Position numbers and translations under genes: made by a program. A DNA stretch of 64,000 bases from Muribaculaceae bacterium. Its GTDB lineage: Bacteria > Bacteroidota > Bacteroidia > Bacteroidales > Muribaculaceae. Positions 46,176 through 55,935 of this stretch are shown here, piece by piece. Where the stretch lies: NCBI GenBank assembly GCA_024400935.1, contig JAKSLZ010000002.1, positions 7,057 through 71,056 of the forward strand, written 5' to 3'. How positions within the stretch are numbered: the stretch's first letter is position 1; each line of letters begins with the position of its first letter. The notes beneath the pieces are model-generated. The model did not search any database, was not told where the DNA came from, and was given only the letters and a program-made list of their open reading frames with translations.

Positions 46176-47945
46176 ATGAAAAAAACATGTTTGGCATTGA
46201 TTGCCATGGTGTGTGCGTTGACTGCCAGCGCTCTCACCCAGGTGGTGGCTCACCGTGGCTACTGGGACGCACCGGGCTCAGCACAAAATTCTATCAGGTC
46301 GCTCGTTAAGGCCGACTCGATTGCCTGTGAGGGGTCGGAGTTTGATGTATGGATAACTACTGACGGTCAGCTGTTTGTGAACCATGACCCCACAATCAAC
46401 GGTGTGGAGATACAGAAGAGCACTGCGGCACAGGTGCGCAACCAGCGCCTCAAGAATGGTGAGAAAATCCCCACATTAGAGCAATATCTCAAGGCCGGTA
46501 AGAAACTCAAAACACAGCTGGTGTGTGAGCTCAAACCCCATGACAGCCGTGAACAGGAAGCCCTTGCCGCCGAGAAGATTGTAAAGATGGTCAAGAAAAT
46601 GGGCTTGAACAAACGTGTTACCTATATCACCTTCTCGCTTGCCGGTATGAAGGACCTTATCAGGCTGGCACCTGCCGGGACTGAGGTTTACTATCTCAAC
46701 GGAGAGTTGTCGCCCGCCGAACTCAAACAGCTAGGTGCTGCCGGCCTCGACTATCACTACAGCGTGATGCGCAAGCACCCCGAGTGGTATGAACAAAGCC
46801 ATGAACTGGGACTCAAAGTGAACGTGTGGACCGTGAACACAGGCGACGTGATGCTGGAGTGCCTGGAACATGGTGCCGACTTCATCACCACTAATTCTCC
46901 CGAGATGCTTCAGGGCCTGCTGGCGCTTGACAAGAATGTGGTGCCGCCGTGTAGCAACAAGATTGCCTATACCGGTCGCATCAATAAGTCTAACGGATTG
47001 AGCTACTTGTTTGTATACCCCGGCACATCTTATAAAGCGTCATTCACCGGCAGTGGCATCGACATGATGATGAAGCCCGGTAGCGGATACTTTGAGGTTG
47101 TCGTCGACGGTGTGAATCCCCACAAGATTTTTATCGACGAGAATGACTCGATTGTGACACTTGCCAGCAATTTGGGACAGGGCATACACGAGGTGGAGGT
47201 TACGCTTGTGTATGAAGGCTATGCCAAGCGTCCCGAGTTCAAGGGCTTCAGGTTGCACGAGGGTGCCGAGATGCTTGCTGCCCCGCAGCTGCCCGACCTC
47301 AAGCTGGAGTTCATAGGCAACAGCATCACATGTGGCTATGGAAATGAGGCCCCTGACAAGAGCTGCCCCTTTGCCGACTCTACCGAGAACCATTACTTCA
47401 CTTATGCTGCACTCACTGCCCGGGCTCTTAATGCTCAGGAGGTTGCGGTGGCTCGCTCGGGTATAGGCGTGTATCGCAACTATGCCGGCAAGGACGTGCC
47501 TAACACCATGACCAAGTGGTATGATTACACCTGCATTCTCGACAGCACCCAGAAGTGGGATTTCAAGCAGTATCGCCCTGACGTGATACTGGTGAATCTC
47601 GGAACCAACGACTTGAGTACCAAGGGCTATGATATCAATACCTATGAGGAATATTATCTGGCGTTCATCCGCCACCTGCACGAGGTTCAGCCCAAGGCCA
47701 AGATTGTAGCCCTCACAGGCTCTATGCTGGGCGGACAGCCTCTCAAGGAGCAAAAGGTTGTGCTTGACCGCGTGGGTGAAATTGTGAATGCCGAGGGCAT
47801 AGAGTATTATCGCTTTGACATGAGCACCCAGGATGGCTCGCTGGGCTATGGCGCTTCGTGGCATCCCTCGCTCAAGCAGCATGAGAAGATGGCCGCTGAA
47901 CTCATCCCCTTCCTGCGCGAGATTCTCATGCGCCAGCACCGATGA
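46176..47945 (+). CDS. Secreted glycerophosphodiester phosphodiesterase fused to an SGNH/CE2-like esterase
   Basis: Start MKKTCL; AHRG, EFDV, NHD, ELK, NVWTVN, ITTN (GDPD); FIGNSITCGYG, ARSGIG, NLGTND, WHP (SGNH). Confidence 0.85.
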   Translation: MKKTCLALIAMVCALTASALTQVVAHRGYWDAPGSAQNSIRSLVKADSIACEGSEFDVWITTDGQLFVNHDPTINGVEIQKSTAAQVRNQRLKNGEKIPTLEQYLKAGKKLKTQLVCELKPHDSREQEALAAEKIVKMVKKMGLNKRVTYITFSLAGMKDLIRLAPAGTEVYYLNGELSPAELKQLGAAGLDYHYSVMRKHPEWYEQSHELGLKVNVWTVNTGDVMLECLEHGADFITTNSPEMLQGLLALDKNVVPPCSNKIAYTGRINKSNGLSYLFVYPGTSYKASFTGSGIDMMMKPGSGYFEVVVDGVNPHKIFIDENDSIVTLASNLGQGIHEVEVTLVYEGYAKRPEFKGFRLHEGAEMLAAPQLPDLKLEFIGNSITCGYGNEAPDKSCPFADSTENHYFTYAALTARALNAQEVAVARSGIGVYRNYAGKDVPNTMTKWYDYTCILDSTQKWDFKQYRPDVILVNLGTNDLSTKGYDINTYEEYYLAFIRHLHEVQPKAKIVALTGSMLGGQPLKEQKVVLDRVGEIVNAEGIEYYRFDMSTQDGSLGYGASWHPSLKQHEKMAAELIPFLREILMRQHR

Positions 47946-47965
47946 TAAAGTAAAATATAACAGAT

Positions 47966-48006
47966 AAAAATTGCAGCCATGGTCTCGTTTTAGGACCATG
48001 GCTGCA
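47966..48006. terminator. Terminator between convergent GDPD and glpR genes
   Basis: TGCAGCCATGGTC/GACCATGGCTGCA 13-bp stem with upstream A tract. Confidence 0.7.
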
Positions 48007-48057
48007 GTGCGTTATGGTGTTTCGCTATGAAAACATTTTCTCTTACGTTGCAAAACC

Positions 48058-48822
48058 TTATCTAGCGATGATCAGGTCGATGCCCAGTTCCTCGACAGCC
48101 TTGGCGTCCTTGGGGCTGATGCCGGGGTCGGTGATGATGATGTCAACGCATTCCATGTCGCCAATCTTGGCGAAGCCGCGGCGCCCGAACTTGCTGCTAT
48201 CTGCCAGGATGATAGTCTTTTGTGCGGCTCCCATCATTACCTTGTTGAGCTCGGCCTCGCGCATGTCGGTGGTGGTGATGCCATATTCAAAGTCGATGCC
48301 GTCGACACCTAAATAAAGCTTGCTGAACGAGCAGTCACGCAATATCATCTCACTGTATTGGCCCACAACTGAGAGGCTGCTGTGCCTGAGCATACCTCCC
48401 AGCTGGATGAGGTCGATGTTCTCGTCGGCAGCGAGGATTTCGCTCGAAACAAGCGACGCGCTCACCACGGTGAGGCGATGGATGGGCTGTATGGCATGTG
48501 CCAGGGCGTGTACAGTAGAGCCCGAGGCGATGATGATGCTGTCGTCGCGATCGATGAGTCGTGCTCCTGCCAGGCCTATTGCCCTTTTTTCTTCGGGTGC
48601 CATCTTTTCCTTTTCAATTACCGAACGGTTGTTGATGTGCGGGTTGATGAGGATGGCTTTACCATGGCTGCGGTACAGTTTTCCTAACTTCTCGAGCTCG
48701 GTGAGGTCCTTGCGCACGGTTACTGACGAAACGTTGAGTTTTTCAACGAGGTCACTCACGGTCACTGAACCATATTTGATTAAGGAGTCGAGGATAATGG
48801 AATGTCGCTTTTCTTTTAGCAT
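48058..48822 (-). CDS. glpR: DeoR/GlpR family transcriptional regulator
   Basis: HTH VSSVTVRKDL..RSHGKA; ASGST, LGG, ADSSKF, IITD; divergent from glpABC. Confidence 0.88.
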   Translation of the reverse strand: MLKEKRHSIILDSLIKYGSVTVSDLVEKLNVSSVTVRKDLTELEKLGKLYRSHGKAILINPHINNRSVIEKEKMAPEEKRAIGLAGARLIDRDDSIIIASGSTVHALAHAIQPIHRLTVVSASLVSSEILAADENIDLIQLGGMLRHSSLSVVGQYSEMILRDCSFSKLYLGVDGIDFEYGITTTDMREAELNKVMMGAAQKTIILADSSKFGRRGFAKIGDMECVDIIITDPGISPKDAKAVEELGIDLIIAR

Positions 48823-48993
48823 AATCCAAAAGTTTTATTTGGTTTCTAAATTTCGTTTTGAGGTGCGGTTAGTTTTCTGTATTGGCAAAATTAAGCAAAA
48901 AAAGTGGAAAGACAAAATAAAACGAAATTATTTGCCAGTAATTGTGGAATAAGGAATAGTATTTTTGACTGCTATTCGTGGAAATGAAACCAA

Positions 48994-49026
48994 AAACGAA
49001 AGCGGGATATTTCTAAACGAAAGCGG
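48994..49026. promoter_or_regulatory. Direct repeat AAACGAAAGCGG x2, candidate DeoR/GlpR operator
   Basis: Copies at 48994-49005 and 49015-49026, 21-bp period. Confidence 0.45.
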
Positions 49027-49161
49027 ATTAAAAAAAATGTCTTTGAGCAACGGTTAAAGGTTGTTGTGTTTTCTTTGTTTGGTAAGTTGTTGATACATAA
49101 GAATGTATATAAATTGTTTGGAATTAATTACAATTTTGTTGCAAAAAAGTTAAAAAAAAAT

Positions 49162-49192
49162 TTTGTTGCTAATAAAAAAGTGATTACTTTTG
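49162..49192 (+). promoter_or_regulatory. glpA promoter (-33 TTTG / -7 TACTTTTG)
   Basis: TTTG at 49162, 19-nt spacer, TAnnTTTG at 49185. Confidence 0.7.
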
Positions 49193-49242
49193 TACCGAAA
49201 CAACCACAACTAACCCAACTGTACCTTAAAAATTAATAGAGG

Positions 49243-50856
49243 ATGGATCCAAATATTAAAGAATATGATGTGATTGTTATCGGCGGTGGCATTACTGGTG
49301 CCGGTACCGCTCGAGATTGCGCCATGCGTGGGCTCAAGGTGTTGCTCCTTGAGCGCTTTGACTATAGTTATGGTGCAACCGGTCGCAATCACGGATTGTT
49401 GCACAGTGGTGCGCGCTATGCCGTCACTGACAAAGAGAGTGCTACAGAATGCATCCAGGAAAATATGACTCTGCGCAAAGTGGCCCGCCACTGCGTGGAA
49501 GAGACTGACGGATTGTTTATAACTTTGCCCGAAGATGATCTGGATTATCAGAAGACATTTGTTGAAGCCTGCCAGGCTGCTGGTATCAGGGCCGATATCA
49601 TCGATCCTGCGGAAGCTAAACGCTTGGAGCCCTCTGTTAATCCGTCGCTCATAGGCGCTGTCCGCATTCCTGACGCTTCTATTGATCCGTTCCGCCTTAC
49701 AATGGCTAATGTATATGATGCCCAGCTCCATGGAGCCGAGGCTTTGACATATCACGAGGTAACTGATCTCATTATCAACCAAAATCGTGTTGAGGGTGTT
49801 AGGGCCCTTGACCACCACACAGGAATCAACAAGGAGTTTCGTGCTAAGGTTACCATCAATGCCTGTGGCATTTGGGGTACACTGATAGCACAAAAGGCCG
49901 GTGTGACAGTAAACATGTTCCCTGCTCGCGGTGCCCTGCTCATCTTTGGCCACCGCGTCAACAACATGGTCATCAACCGTTGCCGCAAGCCGGCTAATGC
50001 CGACATTCTGGTCCCCGACGACACCGTGTGCGTCATCGGTACCACCAGCGACCGTGTGCCCATGGAAACTGTAGATGACATGAGAGTTACCCCGCAAGAG
50101 GTGGAAGTGCTGTTGCGTGAGGGCGAAAAACTCGCTCCCGCGCTGGCTACTACCCGCATCCTGCGTGCCTATGCAGGTGTGCGTCCCCTCGTAGCTGCCG
50201 ACAATGACCCCAGCGGCCGAAGCATCAGCCGCGGCATCGTGTGCCTCGACCACGAGACACGTGACGGTCTTGCCGGATTTATCACAATCACTGGCGGTAA
50301 GATGATGACTTATCGCCTCATGGCCGAGGATGCCACTAATCTCGCTTGCAAGAAACTTAACGTAGACAAGCAGTGCGAGACAGCAACAACTCCTCTCCCC
50401 GGTTCGGAGGCACCCGAGCAACTCAGCAAGAAGACTGTTGCCGTCATGGCTGCCGAAGGCCGTCACGGCACGCTCACCAAGGCTATCGCCGAGACAACCG
50501 ACGTGGTGGACGATGCTCTTGTGTGCGAATGCGAGCACGTGAGCGTGAGCGAAGTCAACTATGCGATGGACAACCTGCATGTGAAGAACCTGGTTACCCT
50601 GCGCCGCCGCACCCGTGTGGGCATGGGTACGTGTCAGGGCGAATTGTGTGCCACTCGTGCCGCAAGCGCGATGTGCCGCAAGCAGGAACAGGCAGCCGAT
50701 GTAAAGGCCGACCTGGCTTCGTTCATCAACGAGCGCTGGAAAGGCGTTCAGCCAGTAGGCTGGGGCGACAACATGGCCGAGGCTCAGCTCACGGCTACTA
50801 TTTATGAAGGATTGTGCGGACTTAACCAATATGCAGGAAAGGAGGACTTGAAATGA
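49243..50856 (+). CDS. glpA: Anaerobic glycerol-3-phosphate dehydrogenase subunit A
   Basis: IGGGITG, GATGRNHGLLHSGARY, AGVRPL, ITGGK, VCECE, RRRTRVGMGTCQG. Confidence 0.96.
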   Translation: MDPNIKEYDVIVIGGGITGAGTARDCAMRGLKVLLLERFDYSYGATGRNHGLLHSGARYAVTDKESATECIQENMTLRKVARHCVEETDGLFITLPEDDLDYQKTFVEACQAAGIRADIIDPAEAKRLEPSVNPSLIGAVRIPDASIDPFRLTMANVYDAQLHGAEALTYHEVTDLIINQNRVEGVRALDHHTGINKEFRAKVTINACGIWGTLIAQKAGVTVNMFPARGALLIFGHRVNNMVINRCRKPANADILVPDDTVCVIGTTSDRVPMETVDDMRVTPQEVEVLLREGEKLAPALATTRILRAYAGVRPLVAADNDPSGRSISRGIVCLDHETRDGLAGFITITGGKMMTYRLMAEDATNLACKKLNVDKQCETATTPLPGSEAPEQLSKKTVAVMAAEGRHGTLTKAIAETTDVVDDALVCECEHVSVSEVNYAMDNLHVKNLVTLRRRTRVGMGTCQGELCATRAASAMCRKQEQAADVKADLASFINERWKGVQPVGWGDNMAEAQLTATIYEGLCGLNQYAGKEDLK

Positions 50857-52091
50857 AGTTTAACACTGTGATTATGGGTGGTGGCCTCAGTGGTCTCACC
50901 TGCGGTATCGCTCTGGCTAAGGCCGGACAAAAAGTGGCTGTGGTGGCTACCGGACAAAGTTCTCTCCACTTTGGCTCGGGCTCGCTCGACCTGCTGGGAT
51001 ATGACGCACAGGGTGCTGTCGTGACTAATCCTGTAGAAGCTATCAAGGCTCTCCCTGAGAGTCATCCATATAATAAGGTGGGCGATGTGGCTGCTGCTGC
51101 GGCTCAGGCCCAGACCCTCCTTGCCGAGGCTGGCATCAAGGTTAACGGTAGAGCTACTGCTAACCACAACCGCCTTACTCCCATTGGCGCTGTAAAACCC
51201 GCATGGCTCACCCTTGACGAGTATCTCACCTTTGACGGTGATAAGCTGCAGTGCAAGAAGGTTGCCTTGATGAACATAATAGGCTATCTTGATTTCCCCA
51301 CCAAGTTCATTGCTGAGGGATTGCGCAAGATGGACGTTGAGGTAGAGGTTAAACCCATTACCTTGCACGAACTCAATGAGGCACGCAAGAGCCCCACTGA
51401 GATGCGTGCTACTAACATTGCCAAGGTGCTTGGCAACGAGGAGCTTGTGATGCATCTCGCTGCTGAGATTAACTCTAAAGCCGGCGATGCCGACATGGTG
51501 CTGCTTCCTGCAGTGCTCGGCATCAAGAATGATGCGTTGGCACAGCTGCTCAAAGAGCAGGTGCGCGTTCCCATGCATTTTGTGGCTACAATACCTCCCT
51601 CGGTTCCCGGAACACGCATGCAGGCATTGTTGCGCAAGCGTTTTGAAGCGCTGGGCGGCACATTCCTCAACGGTGACAGAGCCGTGAAGGGAACATTTGC
51701 GGGTAGTATGCTCAAGAGCATTGAGACCGAGAAGCTCGAGGGTACCAAGCTCGAGGCTGAAAACTTTGTGCTTGCAACCGGTTCATTCATGGGCCGAGGC
51801 CTGGTGAGCGACTATGAGAAGGTTTACGAACCCGTTTTGGGCCTTGACGTTGACTACATTGCTGACCGCACTCAGTGGACACGCGACAATGTTTTTGAGG
51901 CTCAGCCTTATATGGAGTTTGGTGTGAAGACCGATGCCCAGCTGCACACAGTAAAGGACGGCAAGGTGCTTGCTAATGTCTATGCTGTGGGACAGGTGCT
52001 TAGCGGTAATAACAAGGTTAAACTGGCTAGTGGCGAGGGCGTTGACATGCTCACAGCCATCACCGTAGCTAATAACATAATTAAAAAGTAA
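50853..52091 (+). CDS. glpB: Anaerobic glycerol-3-phosphate dehydrogenase subunit B
   Basis: MGGGLSG, GQSSLHFGSGSLDLL, PPSVPG, VLATGSF..GL, FGVKTD. Confidence 0.95.
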   Translation: MKFNTVIMGGGLSGLTCGIALAKAGQKVAVVATGQSSLHFGSGSLDLLGYDAQGAVVTNPVEAIKALPESHPYNKVGDVAAAAAQAQTLLAEAGIKVNGRATANHNRLTPIGAVKPAWLTLDEYLTFDGDKLQCKKVALMNIIGYLDFPTKFIAEGLRKMDVEVEVKPITLHELNEARKSPTEMRATNIAKVLGNEELVMHLAAEINSKAGDADMVLLPAVLGIKNDALAQLLKEQVRVPMHFVATIPPSVPGTRMQALLRKRFEALGGTFLNGDRAVKGTFAGSMLKSIETEKLEGTKLEAENFVLATGSFMGRGLVSDYEKVYEPVLGLDVDYIADRTQWTRDNVFEAQPYMEFGVKTDAQLHTVKDGKVLANVYAVGQVLSGNNKVKLASGEGVDMLTAITVANNIIKK

Positions 52092-52097
52092 ACGATC

Positions 52098-53351
52098 ATG
52101 GCAGACCAAATGCAACTGAACAACATCAGCGAGAACAACTTTGAGCAGTGCCTCAAGTGTTCAATATGTACAGTATACTGCCCTGTATCGGCAGTTAACC
52201 CTGCTTATCCAGGTCCCAAGCAGAGCGGACCTGATGGCGAGCGTTATCGCTTGAAAGACCCCAAGTTCTTTAACGAGGCCCTGAAGATGTGTCTCAACTG
52301 CAAGCGCTGTGAGGTGGCATGCCCCAGCGGCGTGAACGTGGGCGACATCATCCAGAAGGCTCGCATGAACAATCCCCACAAGCCCAAGCTGCGCGACATG
52401 ATGCTGGCTAACACTGACTTTGTGGGTTCTATGGCAACTATGGTTGCTCCCATCACAAACTTTGCGCTTGGCCTGGGCGTGAGCAAGGCTGTGCTGCACT
52501 CAGTGATGAAGATCGACAAGCACCGCACTTTCCCCGCTTATGCTTCGCAGAAGTTTGAGACATGGTTCAAGAAAAATGCGGCTGCTGATCAGGATAAGTA
52601 CAGCAAGCATGTGAGCTACTTCCATGGTTGCTATGTCAACTACAACTTCCCTCAGCTGGGCAAGGACCTTGTAAAGATCATGAATGCGTGCGGTTATGGC
52701 GTGCATCTGCTTGATAAGGAGAAATGCTGCGGTACAGCCTTGATTGCCAACGGTATGTATGACCAGGCTAAGCGTCAGGGCGAGACTAACATGGAGTCGA
52801 TGCGCAGTGCTATTGCTAAGGGCCGCACAGTTGTGACCACCAGCTCTACATGTACCTTCACCATGCGTGACGAGTACACCCATCTGCTCGAGGTCGACAA
52901 CCACGACGTGCGCGATCACCTCACACTGGCAACTCGCTTCCTGTTCCAGCTCCTGGACGATGGCAAGATTAAACTCGCCTTCCGCGATGACTACAAGAAG
53001 CGCGTGGCTTATCACACAGCATGCCACATGGAGCGCATGGGATGGGCCATCTACAGCACATCGTTGCTCAAGATGATTCCCGGCCTTGACCTGGTGATGC
53101 TCGAGTCTCAGTGCTGCGGTATCTCGGGAACATATGGTTTCAAGCGCGAAAATTATGAAACTTCGCAAAAAATTGGTGACTCGTTGTTCAATGCCATTGC
53201 CGAGGCCGATGTAGAGGCAGTAACCACAGACTGTGAGACATGTAAGTGGCAAATTGAAATGTCAACAGGCACTCCTGTACTCAACCCGATTTCAATTATC
53301 GCCGATGCACTTGATGTAGAAAAGACAATAGAATTAAATAAAAATCGTTAA
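52098..53351 (+). CDS. glpC: Anaerobic glycerol-3-phosphate dehydrogenase subunit C
   Basis: Two CxxCxxCxxxCP motifs, YFHGC, two CCG domains, TDCETCKWQI. Confidence 0.95.
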   Translation: MADQMQLNNISENNFEQCLKCSICTVYCPVSAVNPAYPGPKQSGPDGERYRLKDPKFFNEALKMCLNCKRCEVACPSGVNVGDIIQKARMNNPHKPKLRDMMLANTDFVGSMATMVAPITNFALGLGVSKAVLHSVMKIDKHRTFPAYASQKFETWFKKNAAADQDKYSKHVSYFHGCYVNYNFPQLGKDLVKIMNACGYGVHLLDKEKCCGTALIANGMYDQAKRQGETNMESMRSAIAKGRTVVTTSSTCTFTMRDEYTHLLEVDNHDVRDHLTLATRFLFQLLDDGKIKLAFRDDYKKRVAYHTACHMERMGWAIYSTSLLKMIPGLDLVMLESQCCGISGTYGFKRENYETSQKIGDSLFNAIAEADVEAVTTDCETCKWQIEMSTGTPVLNPISIIADALDVEKTIELNKNR

Positions 53352-53374
53352 TATAACAAGAATCACTTCTGATT

Positions 53375-54865
53375 ATGGCTAAAGAGAATGTTTACAGTTC
53401 GCTGGGCGAAAGCAGAAAGAAATTCATGTCATGGCAGATGAGGACCATCCTCGTTACCATGATAGGTTATGCTATTTTCTACTTCGTACGCAAGAACTTT
53501 TCAGTGGCTATGCCGGGCATGACCGCTGAGTATGGTATTACAAACAAGAGTTTTGGTTGGATCATCTTTTTTGGTTCAATCACATATGGCTTCTCACGCT
53601 TTGTAAACGGTTACACAGTTGACCGCTACAAAGGTCGCCTCGTTATGGCACTCGGTCTCATGCTGTGTGCCCTCTCAAACTTCGCATTTGGTTTTGGCGC
53701 TAACCTCAGTTCGCTCATCACAGGTACCGAGGCTGGCCCCGACTTCATCAGCATCCTCATCCTTGTGATGGGTGTTACTATCATCCTCAACCAGTTCTTC
53801 CAGGGTATGGGTTATCCCCCGTGCGCACGCATCCTGCCTCACTGGATTCACCCCAGCGAGCTTGCAACTAAGATGTCAATCTGGAACTGCTCACACTCAA
53901 TCGGTGCTGCTCTTGCAGTAGTTGTTTGCGGTTATCTCTTGGGCTCTATGGGCCAGGATCTCAGTGCTAACGCCGAGGTAGTTGCCAATATTCAGGGCAA
54001 CCTTGAGGCTAACGAGGTTAAGGACGCTGCTAACCAGGCACTCATTTATGCTGCTCACTATGGCGCATGGAAGTTCTGCTTCTATGTTCCCGCTTGCCTT
54101 GCACTTGTTGGTGCCATTGGTATCTTCATCGGCCTGCGCGACGAGCCCAAGGAGGTTGGTCTTCCCGATCTTCCCGACACTGGTCTTGGCGGTCTCAAGG
54201 AAGGTGGCATGAGCGCAGCTCGCCGCAAGAAATTTGAGAGCGTTATGGTATGGAAGAACCGTTGGGTTTGGACATTCTGTGTCGCTAACCTCTTTGTATA
54301 TGTAGTTCGCATGGGTGTTCTCGACTGGGGTCCCAAGTTCCTCACTGAGGCACGCGGCCTTGACATCAAGAGCGCTACCTGGACAACTGCGGCATTTGAG
54401 ATTGCCGGTATCGTGGGCACTCTCGTTGCTGGATGGTGCACTGACCATTTCTTCAAGGGTAAAGGCCACCGCATGTGTGTTGTATGTATGGCAGGCGCTG
54501 CTCTGTTCATGACCACATTTGCATTGCTGCCCGAGAGCGCTGGTATCACTCCCATCGCTGCAACTCTGGTAGGTGCTGGTTTCTTCATCTATGGTCCTCA
54601 GGCCCTCATCGGTATCGAGCTGGGTAACCAGGCAACTAAGGAAGCAAGTGCACGCGCTAACGGTATCGCAGGTATCCTGGGTTACCTCGGTTCAGGTCTT
54701 GCTGGTCTGCTCGTAGGTTACATCGCCGACATCTACGGCTGGACTACAGTATTCTATACAATCATTGTAGTCGCTATCATCGGTATGTTCATCCTCATCT
54801 CAATGTGGCAGGCACCTCGCGATGGTTATGAAAGAGCGTCTAAGATTGTTTATGACGAAGATTAA
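53375..54865 (+). CDS. MFS organophosphate:Pi antiporter (GlpT/UhpC/PgtP family)
   Basis: GYAIFYFVRKNFS, QGMGYPPC, WNCSHSIG, YVVRMGVLDWGP, IYGPQALIG. Confidence 0.9.
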   Translation: MAKENVYSSLGESRKKFMSWQMRTILVTMIGYAIFYFVRKNFSVAMPGMTAEYGITNKSFGWIIFFGSITYGFSRFVNGYTVDRYKGRLVMALGLMLCALSNFAFGFGANLSSLITGTEAGPDFISILILVMGVTIILNQFFQGMGYPPCARILPHWIHPSELATKMSIWNCSHSIGAALAVVVCGYLLGSMGQDLSANAEVVANIQGNLEANEVKDAANQALIYAAHYGAWKFCFYVPACLALVGAIGIFIGLRDEPKEVGLPDLPDTGLGGLKEGGMSAARRKKFESVMVWKNRWVWTFCVANLFVYVVRMGVLDWGPKFLTEARGLDIKSATWTTAAFEIAGIVGTLVAGWCTDHFFKGKGHRMCVVCMAGAALFMTTFALLPESAGITPIAATLVGAGFFIYGPQALIGIELGNQATKEASARANGIAGILGYLGSGLAGLLVGYIADIYGWTTVFYTIIVVAIIGMFILISMWQAPRDGYERASKIVYDED

Positions 54866-54970
54866 TTGTTAGAAAAATAACACGTTTGGGCAGGGCGGAG
54901 CTCTGTTATCCGCCCTTCCAAAATTTTTATTTTTGATGTTACATAATCGTAACAATAACGTTAAGAAATT

Positions 54971-55846
54971 ATGACAATGCAAGAATTTGACAAATATATG
55001 TCCCCTTACTCTCACGAGGAGTTAATGGAACGTTGCCGCAAGATCAAACACGTGGCACTGGATATGGACGGAACCATCTACATGGGCTCGACCCTGTTTC
55101 CTTATACCCACAAGTTCCTTGACACACTCACTGAGAATGGTATCAGCTACTCGTTCTTGACCAACAATCCCACCAAGAGCCACAAGGATTACCTTATCAA
55201 GCTCGACAAACTGGGCATCAAGGCCACCGATGAGCAGATGTACACATCATCACTTGCAACCATCGACTACATCAAGCAGCACCACCCCACTGCTAAGCGC
55301 CTCTTCACCCTGGGTACTCCCAGCATGCAGGAGGAGTTTATCAAGGCAGGCTTTGAGCTGTGTGAGGATGATCCTAACGACCGTCCCGACGTGCTCGTAG
55401 TGGCATTTGACACCACACTCGTCTACAGCCGCCTGTGCCGTGCTACATGGTGGGCTAGCAAGCTCGACATCCCTTACATCGCAACTAACCCCGACTGGGT
55501 GTGCCCCACCGACCAGGAGGTAATCCTCGTTGACTGCGGCTCGCTGTGCAAGGCTATCGAGGGCGCATGCAAGCGTCAGCCTGATGTAGTGATAGGCAAG
55601 CCCAACCCCAACATGCTGCTGTGCATACGCGACAAGATGGGCCTCCAGAGCGACGAAATCGCAATGGCAGGCGACCGCATCTACACCGACGTTGCTACAG
55701 CGCAGAATGCAGGTTCGCTGGGCGTGCTCGTGCTGAGCGGCGAGACTACTCTCGAGACAGCATTGGCCAACGACCCGCAGCCCGACATCACTGCCCTTAA
55801 CGTGATGGAGTTTGCCAACCTGCTGGTTGAGGCACGTAAGAAATAA
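54971..55846 (+). CDS. HAD-IIA family phosphatase (NagD-like)
   Basis: DMDGT, LTNNP, ATNPD, IGKP, GDRIYTD, VLSGET. Confidence 0.92.
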   Translation: MTMQEFDKYMSPYSHEELMERCRKIKHVALDMDGTIYMGSTLFPYTHKFLDTLTENGISYSFLTNNPTKSHKDYLIKLDKLGIKATDEQMYTSSLATIDYIKQHHPTAKRLFTLGTPSMQEEFIKAGFELCEDDPNDRPDVLVVAFDTTLVYSRLCRATWWASKLDIPYIATNPDWVCPTDQEVILVDCGSLCKAIEGACKRQPDVVIGKPNPNMLLCIRDKMGLQSDEIAMAGDRIYTDVATAQNAGSLGVLVLSGETTLETALANDPQPDITALNVMEFANLLVEARKK

Positions 55847-55935
55847 GAAACTACTATACAGTTTTAAGAGATTTAATAAAGAAAAGTCTATAACAAATTT
55901 ATTATTAATTATTTACTAACTTTAATTTTACAATT

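Noticed and set aside
46005-46253. Long N-terminal extensions of rlmN and the GDPD gene implying overlapping divergent genes
   Set aside because: The extensions run through AT-rich intergenic DNA; starts at 46004 and 46176 give normal proteins with no overlap.
49210-50829. 539-aa antisense ORF over glpA, and similar long antisense ORFs over capD, valS, glpB and glpC
   Set aside because: No recognisable motifs; expected from sense-strand codon bias that leaves few antisense stops.
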